From Hypanus sabinus (taxonomy: Eukaryota), in NCBI RefSeq assembly GCF_030144855.1, contig NC_082731.1, positions 23,188,001 to 23,252,000 of the forward strand: 64,000 bases of DNA, given 5' to 3'. Numbering within the stretch: position 1 is the first letter of the stretch; each line of letters starts with the position of its first letter. The notes beneath the pieces are model-generated. The model searched no databases, was not told where the DNA came from, and saw only the letters and a program-made list of their open reading frames with translations. The translations under genes were made by a program, and so were the position numbers. Of this stretch, positions 51,959-64,000 are shown piece after piece.

Positions 51959-52483
51959 CATTTACTGCAGAATCCATGCTTTGGTCGCTGCAGCTAGATA
52001 CATTTGTACACATCTTTTCTGCTTGTGCTTTTCCGCCTCAAAGAGTACCTACTGAAGTTTCGCTCGCCTTGGTTGGTGAAGATTCAGCGATGTTGTACTC
52101 GCACCACCCTTTTCTAAGTCGTAATGAAATGTTTTGCCACTGCTATCTCATTTCTTTTGTGAAATCTACAATCACACGGGATACAGAGAGGCAGACTATA
52201 TGCGTAAACGTGATCGGGATCGTCTCGACATGGAGACGAATCTGATAAACATTTACCTTGTAGAGAATCCACTGGGCTTCTGGTGCCGAGATGAGTATCA
52301 TTCTTACTCAGCTGATCACTCTATTTCTGTCTTTCTGTTGATCTCATTGCTCTCTTTCTTGATCTCTTTCTATCTCGCTCATGGGTTTACGTTCTCCCGC
52401 TAAAAATTAATCTCTATCGCGCTTCAGCAGCATCAATTTTTCTGCCGCCAATGTCAAGTACTTCTCATCCTAACACTGACCTA

Positions 52484-52486
<3 letters not shown>

Positions 52487-52544
<58 letters not shown>
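52487..52544. repeat. (CT)n microsatellite
   Basis: Perfect TC run. Confidence 0.97.
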
Positions 52545-52555
<11 letters not shown>

Positions 52556-52929
52556 CACGGTCTCTGCTCTGGCTTCATTTATCTTGGAGAAGCTAAGAAT
52601 TTTAGAGTCTGGCGATGCAGATCTGGAGGCTAACTTTCCTCCATCCTGACGAGTGGGTGTCAAATCCTTCACAAACTATGTGCCCACTTTCTTTCTTCAT
52701 ACCAGTGGCTGTTTTCGGGCATCTTTCTGTATCTATGTCGTTGATGCATTGTATGCTAGTGGTTATGATGTGCTGTAGTGCCGCTGCGGTGTTGTCTCTC
52801 AACCATTCAGTGTTGGCTCAAGATAGGAAATTCTTCACAGGTGCATCTGTCCATAGATAACGCAGTTCTCTGCTGTCCATCAGAAAAATAAAACCATAAG
52901 CGGTATTACCTTGTTCCTGGTTGTTTAGA

Positions 52930-53310
52930 ATGTATTCTGGGAACACGAACGTTGCGAGAGATAAGTATCCCGGACTCTGAAACTGGTCGCAGTTTCCACA
53001 GACAATGGTGTGAGTAGTCCGTCTTGTGCAAAGATGAATGCCATCTCCTTTGTTTCGGTGACATTTAAGAAGACATTAATTCCATGCCTCACAGTGTAAT
53101 GCTCTTGCGCCTTCTGTCTATAGGGCGTCTCATGGTGTTTGGCGATATGCCCCAATATTGCCGTGCCTTCGAAAGACTTGTCAATATGATTGTTCAGGAT
53201 ATTAGTCGTGAGATCGTTTGTTAACCGACTGTACAGCAGTGTGGTCAGCGCACAATTCCCGGTGGCAATCATGATAATGCTGCTGGATATGGTGGAACAG
53301 TTGTGCATCC
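52930..53310 (-). mobile_element. decayed Rex1/Babar RT fragment
   Basis: TGNCALTTLLYSRLTND...KSFEGTAILGHI...LNVTETKEM aligns to Rex GAPQGCVLSPLLYSLYTHD...KFADDTTVVGLI...LNVxKTKEL. Confidence 0.6.
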
Positions 53311-53869
53311 TGTCTATCTGTTTTTTTTTTCTTAATATGATGTTTCCAGGTGCGTGTTAGTTTTAATGGTATACGTCATAAAGACTTGGATACAAAAATC
53401 TTGTAAACCCTTAGGGTCATCAACAACCTGTTCGTTTTAACCTGCACCGGGAACACAGCCCTCCATACTGCAGAATACATGCAAATCTCTACACCACTTA
53501 GCTTTAAAATCCAGTTTAACTGCGTGATACATTTGGAATCTGGAGTGGCTGAGGTTAAGTCTACTCATCCATTTTGGTCAGACCCTTGGATGCTCAGCGC
53601 ACGACCAGGAACTCCAATAAATAAGATACTACGCTCCAGCGGCCAGGAGATAGGATGCCTCCGGGGGTAAATTGTGAGTCCTGATAGTAGGAATCAGGAA
53701 GAAAATTTAGACTCACGCTGAGAGATAATTTACATGTCTATAAAACGATTCATTCATGATGTTGTTTGTCTTGCTGTCTTAATATGAGTTAAGTCGAAAG
53801 AAATATCAGTGTTTTGATGACGGTAAAGACTGCGACAGACTCTCTATGATATAATGTAAATAAACTCTA

Positions 53870-55900
53870 GAAATGAAACACGAAATCACTAGTGTTCTCA
53901 GTTAGTGTTTCCACGATAACACTCATCATGGTTTTGGATAACTCTGTCAAATCTCCTCTTAAATCTCTCAGTTCGGAGGAAGCAGTTCTTAAGTTTTTCA
54001 TCTTTACCTCATAACTCATGTCTGCCAGAACGGGAAATATTCTTATAAATATTATCTGCACCATTTCAGCCTTACTTACACCTTTCCATATGTGGATGAT
54101 CAGAACTCTACAAAATACGACAAATTAATCCGCACCAACGCCATATACCACTTCATTGTACTATCACTCGCCCCTACCATATATTATGATTGTTGAAAGC
54201 TAACGTGCCAAAATCTTCCTTTAAGATCCTGTCAAAGAATTACCACTGTCAAAGTATTACAAACCTAAAATCCCAGATTTTTTTTTTAACTACATCTCTC
54301 AGTTTCCTGCCGTTCGCTGTGTAAGTCTACCCTTGTTGACCTTAACGAAGTGGAACACATCGCACATTTCTGCCATTTCTCTTACCAGTTTTCCAGTTGA
54401 TCCAGATCTCTCTGTAATCCATGATAACCTTCCATGATGCCCAATATTGTAGTTATCAGCAGATCCAGTATTATCTAGTTAATCACATTGTCAACCATAT
54501 CGTCGATATATACAATCCGCCCTGATTTGCTGGGTGAGAATGTGACAGCGATGCAGGAGGATGCTTCCCTGGTGTCATGCATTATTTAGAACCTGAGTGG
54601 CAGACCACAGTTTGTGCACTTGCAACACTGTGTGTCGCACAGAGAGGTCAGCCGCAGTGGGGCTGCACAGGGAACTGTCCTGTATCCCTTTCATTTCACC
54701 AAGTACACTTCGGACTTCAACTACTGCACAGAGTCTTGTCATCTTAAGAAGTTTTCAGATAACTTTGCCATAGTTGTATGCATCAGCAATGGAGATGCGG
54801 CTGAATACAGGGCTACGGTTGGAAACTTTTTCACATATTATGAGCAGATTCACTTGCAGCTCAATGTGAAAAAAACTCTAAAGGGATGGCGGTGGACCTG
54901 AGGAGGACCAGCGCACCGGTTAACCCTGTTTCCATCCAAAGGGTCAGTGTGGATATGTTGTTGGATTACAAATGGGATACGAATTGACAATAAACTAAAC
55001 TGGTCAAAAAACACTGAGGCTGTGTACAAGACGGTTCAGAGCCGCCTCTATTTCCCGAGGAGGCTGAGGTCCTTTAACATCTGCTGGATGACGCGGACGA
55101 TGTTCTACAAGTCTGTGGTGGCCAGTACTATTATGTTTGCTGTTGTGTGCTGGGGCAGCAGGCTAAGGGTAGCAGACAACAACAGAGTTAACAAACTCAT
55201 TTGTAAGGCCAGTGAAGTTGTGGAGGTGGATCTGGACTCTCTGGCGCTGGTGTCTGAAAAGAGAATGCTGTCCAAGTTGCATGCCATCTCGGACAATATC
55301 TCTCAAACACTCCATAATTTACTGGTTAGGCACAGCTGTACATTCAACCAGAGACTCGTTCCTCCAAGAAGCAACACTGAGCGTCATAGGAAGTCATTCC
55401 TGCGTGTGGCCATCAAACTTTAAAACTCCCCCCTTTGTGTGTCGTAGACAATAGGCTGGTCCTGGACTTCTTTCCATTTGGCATAATTTACTTACTATTA
55501 TTTAATTATTTCTGGTTTTACTTTGCTATATTTCTACTCTATTCTTGATTGGTGCAACTGTATTGAAAGACAATTTCGCTCGGAATCAATGAAGTATTTT
55601 GTCCAACTGTCTGCTCATTGCATACAACACCCCTGCGGTACTCCAACAGTCGCAGGACACCCATCGAAAAGCAATATCTACTCTCACTTTATAGAATCTC
55701 CTGCAATCAAATGCTGTATCCAATTTAATACGATTGAACAGTGATGACCGATTTCCATGAGGTTCTTTGTCAATAGCTTTGATAAAGACAATGCTGACAA
55801 TATCCACTGACATGCTTTCATAAATGTTTCCGGTAATTTTCTTGAGCAAGTCAATAATATTGGTGGGACACGACCTCCCAAGAACTAAGCCATTTACGAA
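53870..55900 (-). mobile_element. decayed CR1 RT fragment interrupted by a Rex insertion
   Basis: Reverse CR1 sequence at 53870-54515 resumes at 55599-55900 (GRSCPTNI...VDIV...FIKAIDKEPH). Confidence 0.6.
54516..55598 (+). mobile_element. Rex1/Babar-type LINE 3' part
   Basis: SGAAQGTVLYPFHFTKYTSDFNY...KKFSDN; RLYFPRRLRSFNI; terminus ggaatcaatgaagtatt. Confidence 0.85.
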
Positions 55901-57779
55901 TGCCACATCGGTCTGTGTCTGTCTAAATACTTATGTATCCGGACACAGAGAATACTCATCAAGGTACAGTGATTCTGTCGACCAACATAATGGTTAGTGT
56001 CCAGTGTGTTTAACCCTTCAGAGCACTTCGTGCGACTGGAGTTAATGCTACCTGGTTTGTCGTGTTGTATCAGTGTTTAGTGCTCTCTGTTATTGCGATG
56101 ATGGTGGATGATCCGAAATCTGAGTAAGCGGGGTTTTGAGAAAATCTGTAAAGAGCAGCTGTGCATAGACCCTGACAATTTGACCAGAGATATTTTCATG
56201 CCCGATATCACTACTGGGCGAGTGTGATATCTCATAGATTCATTTTATTGCAGGTGATCTTACTGATCTGAAATCAGCGATCATACATTGCTGATCATAC
56301 ATCTATGTGCAGTGACATATATAGACATGATACGCAAGTGATGAGATTAAAGGGCTAAATGTAGGAGCCTGAAATGTGGAATGGAGTTGGAGTGAACGGA
56401 ACCTGTAGCAAATTACGGGAAACGGGATAAATCCATGTTCATGCCATCATGTTAGACGCTTCGCAAACCGAATGTACGATGGTGCCACCGGAGAGCACAA
56501 TAAGAGGACATGGACGCCATTTTGGATGGGATTTGTTAGAGTAAAATGTTTGGGATACATTCAAATCCTCCCTGTTTCAGAAAGTGCGAATTGGCACGAC
56601 AAAGTGGCCTCACAAACTACGTGGCGTCTCCCCAATCTCCTGCACACCGTACAAGAAACACCGAATATAGTGAATAAGGGAAAAGTATGAAAGGGCATAG
56701 GCAGAGATTTAGAACATTTTGGCCCAGAGAACCCGGTCCGCTATCTCATGATGACTAATCCTTTTGTCTTGTCAGTCCCAATCTCATCTGTTCTCCTCGT
56801 ATCATTTCTGTCCTGAACAATCAAAACTCCATCAATCTCAATTTTAATAATTAAGTGCTGATTTCTCCTACGCAGCTGTCTGTTACAAAGAAATCCACGG
56901 ATTCCACACTATCGGACCAAAGATATCCATCCTCATCTCCGTTCTAAAAGGACGCCTATGTGTTTGAGACTGCTTCTACTTTCTATATTTGTCCAATAAC
57001 CTCATTTTATTATCATGCCTTTGCGGATGAGGATACTTGTGAAAGCGTTCTCAAACGTTTTAACATTATCCTCTTACACCGCATATTCCTCATGCATTCA
57101 TGCATATATCACACTGAATAAATAAAGGTATTTGCGCCTGCGATTGCTTGATGTTCCATAAGTACACCGATCAGGCTTCTTCCGCTGAACTCATCCAGTC
57201 TCTTCTCATAAGGCAGCCATTACTTTTCTTTGAATATTCCTGTACGTCTTTCTTTCACCATCTGCAAGCAACTGCCTCTATCCGAAATTTTGCAGACTAG
57301 AACTTCAGGAAATGTTGTGGGTGCCGTCCAGCAGTTACAACAGTGGTACCATATCCAGATCTCAGTATAGAATCCGGTCTTTGCATGCAAGGCATATCTC
57401 TTCTTTTCAGCTCATCCACATCTGCCGCCACACCAGAGGAAACATGCATTTTTTTTCTTAAGGTCTCGGCTCAAAAGAGTTCAACCTACCATGTACAGGG
57501 AAATTCCTACGCTGGTATATTTGGTATAGCGTATTCGGTATAGTGTGTAGCGTATTTTTTTTTCTTATTGAAATTCATTACAACCCGTTTGCCTATATTG
57601 AAATCAATATGTGTTTCTTGTCTGTCCAACAAAACCTGAGAACTGTCAGTTTCGGAATAAAGCAGCGGATTGAACTGAGAGAGTTTCCACGTGGACGCCT
57701 ACCCCGTATTTGAAACCAGTTCGTATCCATAGTTATTTTCTCAAGCATAGAACCAACAGATTGAGGATATTTGTCCCAT

Positions 57780-60550
57780 TGAGTCTGCTGTCCCATTTCA
57801 TTATGTTTGATTCAATATTCCTGTCAACCCCAGCCTACTGTCTTCTGCCCGTTTCCCCCCTAATTTAGTCTGATCAATTACATATATATGTTTGCCTTAA
57901 ATATTCATAACGTCCTGCCCTCTACTCCTCGCCATGACTAGGACTTAGACTGAATCCTCACTGTCTGGCAAATGAAATTCTTCTTCATCTTCAGCATAAG
58001 ATGATACCGTTTATTTTGAGGTAGAGTCTTCTGGTCTTACATTGTGACAGCAACCGAAGAACCTTCTCTATATCCACTCTATCAAGGCTTTCACAATTGG
58101 AAATAATTCTTGTGTCCACCCCTCTTACTTCTGAATTCATGTGAATATACGTCAGGAATCACTAAACACTCTTCATATGCCAAGCTTTTCAAACATGAAA
58201 TAATTTTCGTGAACGTCATCTGACCTATTTCCATTTTCAGCCATTACTTACATTTCTAAGATACGGGATCCAACTCTACTCATAATACTCCAATTGAGGC
58301 TTCGCCAGTGTTCTATAAAGACTCAACATTTCATCCTTGTTTCTATACTCTTGTCCTATAGAAATGAATCTTAATATCGCATTTGCCTTCCTCATCGCAG
58401 GCTCAAAGGAACCGTACATAAGCATTCCCGATTTGCTATGTCTGACTATTTGCTTTCCAGTGACAATTTATTTCGTTCATTCTCAAACCATTCATTTCCC
58501 TTAAGACTCCCCAAATTTTATGATATTTGTCCCTTCATTGCCCTTTCTACTAACCTGCCTAGTTCCGTCTGCAGCCTCCCTACGTTCTCTAAATTTGCTG
58601 TCATTCTACCTATCAACGTATCGTCTGCAAACCTTCCAGCAAAGACAGCTATCTTATAACTCAAATCATTTATATTTAACGTAAAGATAATCTGTCCCAA
58701 TTCAATCACCAGTGGAAAACCTCCAGTCACCGGCAGTCAAACTGAAAAGGATCCAAACACATTCATGCTTTGTGACATGTCAGACGGCAAATATTTGATC
58801 CCTGTCAGAATGTGCTTAGTTTTTCCGAGGACTGGTCGCGTTAAGCGGACTCAGTTGTGATACCACGTCACGGGCGTTCTTAAAAATCCAAACTTATTAA
58901 ATCAACCGGTTGCCTACCCGACTTCCTCCGATTCAAATTATTGGACGAGATTTGTTGGACAATACTTCCAAATGAGGAATTCTTGCTAATATCTGCCTAT
59001 TTTATTATCTGTCCTCTAGTACCCCGGACTAACATACTCAGCAATCAAATCCAACATCTTCCTAACAACTGAAGACAGACTGACAGGCATATAATTTTCA
59101 ATACTCTGCCTCTCCCCGGTTAAAGAGCGGAATGACCTTTTTAACGTTGCTGTCTTCCAGAAACTTTACAGGATGCAATGATTCTTAATAGATCACTAAT
59201 AATCTCTCCATAATCCTTTCAGACATCAATTTCAGATTTCCCGGGCATACAACATTAGGTGCAGATAACCTATCTCTCTTCAGACTTTATAGTTTACCAA
59301 AGCTAATCTTTCGAGTAATTGTAACATCATGCCTGTTATTACCGCAAATGCAGGGAAATTACACGACAACGCTCATGATTTCAACAGTATAAAACTGATG
59401 CAAATTACATTTTCTTAGATACAAGATACATCCGCTATTTCTTAGTACCCCATTATACCTCTGCAGCAACTTTTCCAGCGGTCTGGCATTTACTCTAGCC
59501 TTTCTGATCGCTACTCATCATCGTTTGCAATCAATTCTGTCCAACGTGTCCCTCACTTCTCTCTTGCCTCCCCAATACCCTTTACTCCACTGAAAAAATG
59601 ACATATCTGACTTTAGCTTCTCCTTCTGAAAATTCATGGTGAATTCGATCACTTGCTCCAAATATTTCGTTCACTGAAGACAGTCTATATAATTCCGTAT
59701 AGTACAACAATATTATAACAGAAATTACCTTCCGCTGGTAGGGCCAACCACATGGTATTCTAATAAAGCCATGCCGTCGGCATTCCAGAAATTTCCGCAT
59801 TCTCGGAGCAACCACCAAACTGATTTTCAAAATATACTGGTATATTGAAAACACCCGTGACTATTTTACAATTTCCAACTTGCCGTACATTTTCTATATC
59901 CCCGGTTTTCAGTAGATAACATATCTGCTGCTTTTGTGGATTTGCATATAACTCTCATCAGTGTTACTTTCCCCATGCAACTACATAGGTCTGTGTGCTA
60001 TACGGTTCATCGCTGCTTCATCCTGGAAAGTGCAATTACACTTTGCGTTATCTGAACTCCAAAATCTGTGACTTGGTCTGTTTCTGCACACCTATGTCAT
60101 CCCTCGACCGCAGGGACCTTTTCCAATAAGATTTCGGTAATAGTTTTAGACATGTCTGCCTCAGTTGAAGCAGCCTCCAAACACTTTGTGAACGTATTCA
60201 CCTCTTCAAAAATATATTTGTGCTCTATTGGGAAGAGTGACGATGTTCTAAAATAACTTGTCTGAAAAATTGTTCAAGATCCTACAGTTGGTCTGATGTG
60301 GAAGAGGGCGCCTTTCTTCATTTCATTTCTTACGTCTCTATATTTCAAATCGCTTAAGTCCATAACATCGAAATATTACTCTTTCCTCCTTCCAATCTCC
60401 CCCATTCAAAACACTTTGGTTCGATAATGCTGTGTGGGAATTTACCTTGAAATATCCTTCTCAGCATTTTGAAATATATTGCACAACATTTCAGCTGATA
60501 CACGGTTTTGGACGAATATACTGCGTTAATGATTTTGATGGCCGGAAGTT
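57780..60550 (-). mobile_element. long, highly decayed CR1
   Basis: ORF 58518-58730 IFTLNINDL...FAGRFADDTLIG...W..KGQI; surrounding reverse CR1-like sequence; right boundary approximate. Confidence 0.6.
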
Positions 60551-60556
60551 TAATAT

Positions 60557-61400
60557 TGTGACTTTCCGGGTGTGACGTAGCCGATAGCCTAATTCAACAG
60601 TTCTGGTGACCAGTTCTGTTTATTATTCTTGTGTTAAGATGTTTTTATTGGATTATGGTGAAAAGTTCCAGTTCGCTTACTCTTACATTTTAGCACGTGA
60701 TGTACAGGTATTTGCTTGTTGGTGTGTCACCCTAACCATACCGAGAGTGAGTGACAGTCACCTATCCCGTTGGTGTGAGACCGGTTGGGGTTCACTATCT
60801 GTGTCATAGTGCCTGGTCTGTTTGAGTCTATCACAATAAAACTGTTGTTGAGATAAAGAGCTTCCTTGTCTATCATTAAAATACTCGCCAAATTGTTATC
60901 AGGAGTGTGATTCGAGAGTGACGAGGAGATTATAGAGCTACGACGGCATGCAGAGTGCCTTAATATCTGGGGAGCGAGCAGTAGTCCTCCCCCGGACCCA
61001 TGGTAAGCCTGTGAAGATGGATCCCGAGGGCGAACTTGAGCTCCGAACATTGTGCCGCACAAGGGAGCTTCAACGGAGCGAGAGTACCCAGGATCACGAA
61101 CCTGGGCGTCAGTGCGGATCGCATCACTCGCTTACGTAGCGACTGGCACCGAGGAATCCAAAACACCTTAGCCATGGGAGGCTGGGAACAATTGCAAACG
61201 TCGCAGGTGCAACAGAAGGTTACAAGACCGTCGACGATGTGCGCCTCAGAGTCTATCCTGACACTTCCTGGATACAATAGTACCAGCCACCTGGCGTAAT
61301 AAATGGCGGAGAATGTGCAGCCGACTGGAATACTTTTTTAGACGCCTTGTCTCCTGAATGTAAGGTGCCCGGTTGTGAAACGCAGTTGAATCATCCCAGA
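60557..61400 (+). mobile_element. Gypsy 5' LTR (60557-60890), decayed PBS (~60894-60911) and start of internal region
   Basis: LTR homologous to 10214-10526; tgttatcaggagtgtgat resembles a tRNA-type TGGTGTCAGAAGTGGGAT PBS; extent of internal part uncertain. Confidence 0.6.
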
Positions 61401-61650
61401 TAACCAATAAGCATGTCTTGCCTTACTGGTATGATATAGTACGTTCCACACCATTCTGGGTGACTGCTAGTTTGCCTTTCATTTGCCTGGCCTCCCGAAT
61501 TGGCTGATAATTTAATTGTATGTAGGAAACACAGAAAAAATAATCGAGATATCACATTACTGTATGGAGGTGCTGCAATGCTGCGTCTCCATTGAATGAA
61601 TTTCGTTACTGGAAAATGAGACCAAAGGAAATTGCACGGACACGAAATGA

Positions 61651-61857
61651 CAACAGACAATAGACAATAGGGGCAGGATAGGTCATTCGTTCATTCGAGC
61701 CAGCACCGCCATTCAGTGTGATCATGGCTGATCATCCACAATCAGCGACCTGTTCCTCCTCTCACCCCATATCCCTTGACTGTGCAATCCCTAAGAGATC
61801 TATATAACACTTTCTGGAAAATATCTAGAGAATTTACCCCACTGCCTTCTATTATAA
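61651..61857 (-). mobile_element. CR1 3' fragment inserted in the leader exon of the inverted V
   Basis: Minus strand: gatgatcagccatgatcacactgaatggcggtgctggctcga...ctattgtctattgtctgttg; starts immediately after leader codon 11. Confidence 0.85.
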
Positions 61858-62120
61858 TCCGCACCCAATCCAGATGATGAATCTCCTCGTTATTTTAATA
61901 AAGAATGGCTGAATGATTTGCTCGTCCACAAATTATTGCCAGGTTTGAGAAATTTCTGATTCTACATTTAACAGGCAGGACATGAAAAGCGCCCAATAGG
62001 TAAACAGCCTCTTGATGCATGTTCCGCCTGTTGTCCCACATGCGACAGGTCTATGTACGTCAAGGATAGAACGTCACACCCCGTGCCGTCACTGAAGCAG
62101 CCCTCTAAGGACATAAGCCT
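61858..62120 (-). pseudogene. inverted third V paralogue: promoter and truncated leader only (ATG>ACG), no V exon found
   Basis: Minus 61890-61858 ACG AGG AGA TTC ATC ATC TGG ATT GGG TGC GGA vs V1 ATG TGG AGA TTC GTG ATC TGG ATC GTG TGC GGA; upstream promoter blocks match 26030-26270. Confidence 0.85.
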
Positions 62121-64000
62121 GCAGCTCTCGAGAACACATTCCTTCCGTGGTACATTCAATCGACATGCCAAAGACAGCGTCTTACCGACTTTCAGCAAAT
62201 CACAGATAACTACAAAGGCAAATCTCAGATGACTGGTCGGTTCCTGACACTCACAGTATATACATACAAGTTGGGATTTTATTTGAGGCAAACAAAGCTA
62301 AAATAATTTGTCTACGTCACTGCGGAACTGCAGGTTTCTATGATGAAACTATTGTCCGGATAATGGCATATAGATATCTCTGCTTCTGAGTTTCAATCCT
62401 TTTGCACTTGCGATTGCTGCTTCATTATCTGAGCATCGAGTCAGTATATGTAAGTTTGTCTCTACTAGAGTTCGCTCTTCCGCGCGCGCACGTATTTCTG
62501 TGTGTGTGTGTCTTTGTGTGTGTGCTCATATACTTTCATTCCTTCATTCGCTATCTGTTGATGTTTTAGTTCTAATTTTACTTAGCAAAACCTAGGGTAG
62601 CGTTATGTCTGTACACGCCACGATAGTTTGCGTTCGGTCTTGTGGAGATATACGGCACAGTACGACATAGATTCCCCTATGATATTTACATGTAATCCTT
62701 CAATCTTTCCAAATCTCAGCATAAAACCTGCCCAGATGTTCTGGAGAACATTGGACATATTACCGCCAATAAGTCGGACATAGCTCAGGATGCTGAAAGA
62801 AAGGCAGCAGAGCCTTTCAAGTCAGTATATTTCAATGTTTTGTCGGACAGTTGTCACCCATTAATTTAGCCGAAACTTGACTAACCCAATGTACTGCGGC
62901 GGGTACGCTTCTCTCCCCTCCCTGATGAAAGATATCAGAATATTCGACAACCCAGGAAAACATGAGCTCCACAGTACAAAGATTGCCCATTCTTACAGAG
63001 TCTCAGTGAGCAGCACAATGAAACTAATCTGTAAGGAGTACAAACGTGATTGCCGTGGAGGATATCGGTCTTTCTCCTTCATCTCCATCTCTTTCAGACT
63101 CTCTCTCCCCCTCTTAATTTCTACCTACGTCAATATCCTTGTAGGTATTACAGTTTATCTCTACTCCCTTTTTTTCTCTATCATTTTCGTTATCTTCATA
63201 CCTCGAGGTCTCCTCCCTCCTCTATCTATCAATATCTCCACGTTTTCTATTCTTTCTTTCTGGCTCCTTGATATATGTGTTGGTTTGTTCATTTTCTTTT
63301 TTTTTATACAGATTGTCTCTTTCTCTAACCACCTTTCTCACTCTCTCCCTCTATTCTCTTTCTGACTCCCTGTTATTCTTTCAGTTCTGTACCTGTATCT
63401 TCCTGTAGTTTTTTTTTTTTTTTCATTTGTCTCTCTGTTTGCCTGATACGTATCTGTCTGTAATTTCTTATTTTCCATTATTAACCTTCTCTCTTCCTCT
63501 CTTGACTTCTGTATTCTTTGTGTTTGTGCGTGTGCTCATTGTGTTATCACCTCCCATCCTTACTCTCATAACCGTCTCTTTCCTTTTGAGCCTCCTACCC
63601 AGGCAATATTTCCACATATTATGCTCTCACAATTGATGATCTCCCACTGAGGGTTTCCTAACGATATGACATTAGTCTGCTTCGGTAACCTTCCAGGTCT
63701 CGACATACATGACTATTCCTGTCTGATTCTCTGTTTTCTTCTTAAAAATAAACTTCTCTTCACTCTCTAGCACTAATTTTTTGTCAGTCTGTATTCATTT
63801 TGACGCCACGTAGGCGTGTGGTTTGCACGGCTCTGCTATAGTTTGGGTCATTTAGGAATCCATAGTTCAATTGTGACGCTGAGTAGCGCAGAGACTCTGT
63901 ACGTCCACCAGAGGTTCCCCAGAGAAACTAGTAAACCTCGCAATACAAAGAATACGGTGTGATTAATTGGAAAATGTAATTTTTTACAAGATCACATGGA
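61858..64000 (-). repeat. inverted duplication of the V upstream region (~26306 back to ~24135)
   Basis: Continuous reverse-complement similarity, e.g. 62865-62880 atttagccgaaact vs 25262-25275 tttcggctaaatt; catgagctccacagtacaaa vs tttgtactgtggagctcatg. Confidence 0.88.

Larger units (their letters stand above)
37750..58800 (+). repeat. V cassette 2 of the tandem segmental duplication
   Basis: Same blocks as cassette 1, interrupted by different private TE insertions. Confidence 0.85.

Noticed and set aside
9166-53100. Isolated CACAGTG/CACTGTG heptamers (e.g. ~9166, 14585, 35141, ~38028, ~53089) as possible D/J or cryptic RSS
   Set aside because: No nonamer at 12 or 23 bp spacing and no J (FGxG) motif; several lie inside transposon relics.
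62877-63636. Hydrophobic ORFs resembling membrane proteins (also 24499-25176 and 50882-51326)
   Set aside because: Artefacts of translating the CT/GA-rich low-complexity tract.

Overview
Vertebrate genomic DNA, by inference a cartilaginous fish (CR1 elements with (CATAGAAA)/(ATTGTCT) tails, Rex/Babar, HERO and chromovirus Gypsy relics, shark-like TCR V genes). The window is part of a T-cell receptor alpha/delta V-gene array. It holds one nearly intact TRDV-like gene (leader 26274-26319, V exon 26417-26723, 23-bp-spacer RSS) whose conserved Trp41 is Leu, and a paralogous V pseudogene (51614-51919, RSS retained) that has lost about 1.1 kb of promoter and leader and carries an extra CDR1 Cys. 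A third, inverted paralogue at the right end keeps its promoter, but its leader is ATG>ACG, is cut by a CR1 3' fragment, and no V exon follows. The first two V genes lie in an old tandem duplication (~4.1-31.2 kb vs ~37.8-58.8 kb) that can be layered by shared versus private transposon insertions. Most other DNA is decayed retroelements, including a complete but degenerate Tf1/sushi-type chromovirus with a self-priming signature. No D or J segments, C exons, RNA genes or CRISPR arrays were found. Alignments were done by eye; TE boundaries are approximate (tens of bp) unless exact motifs are quoted.
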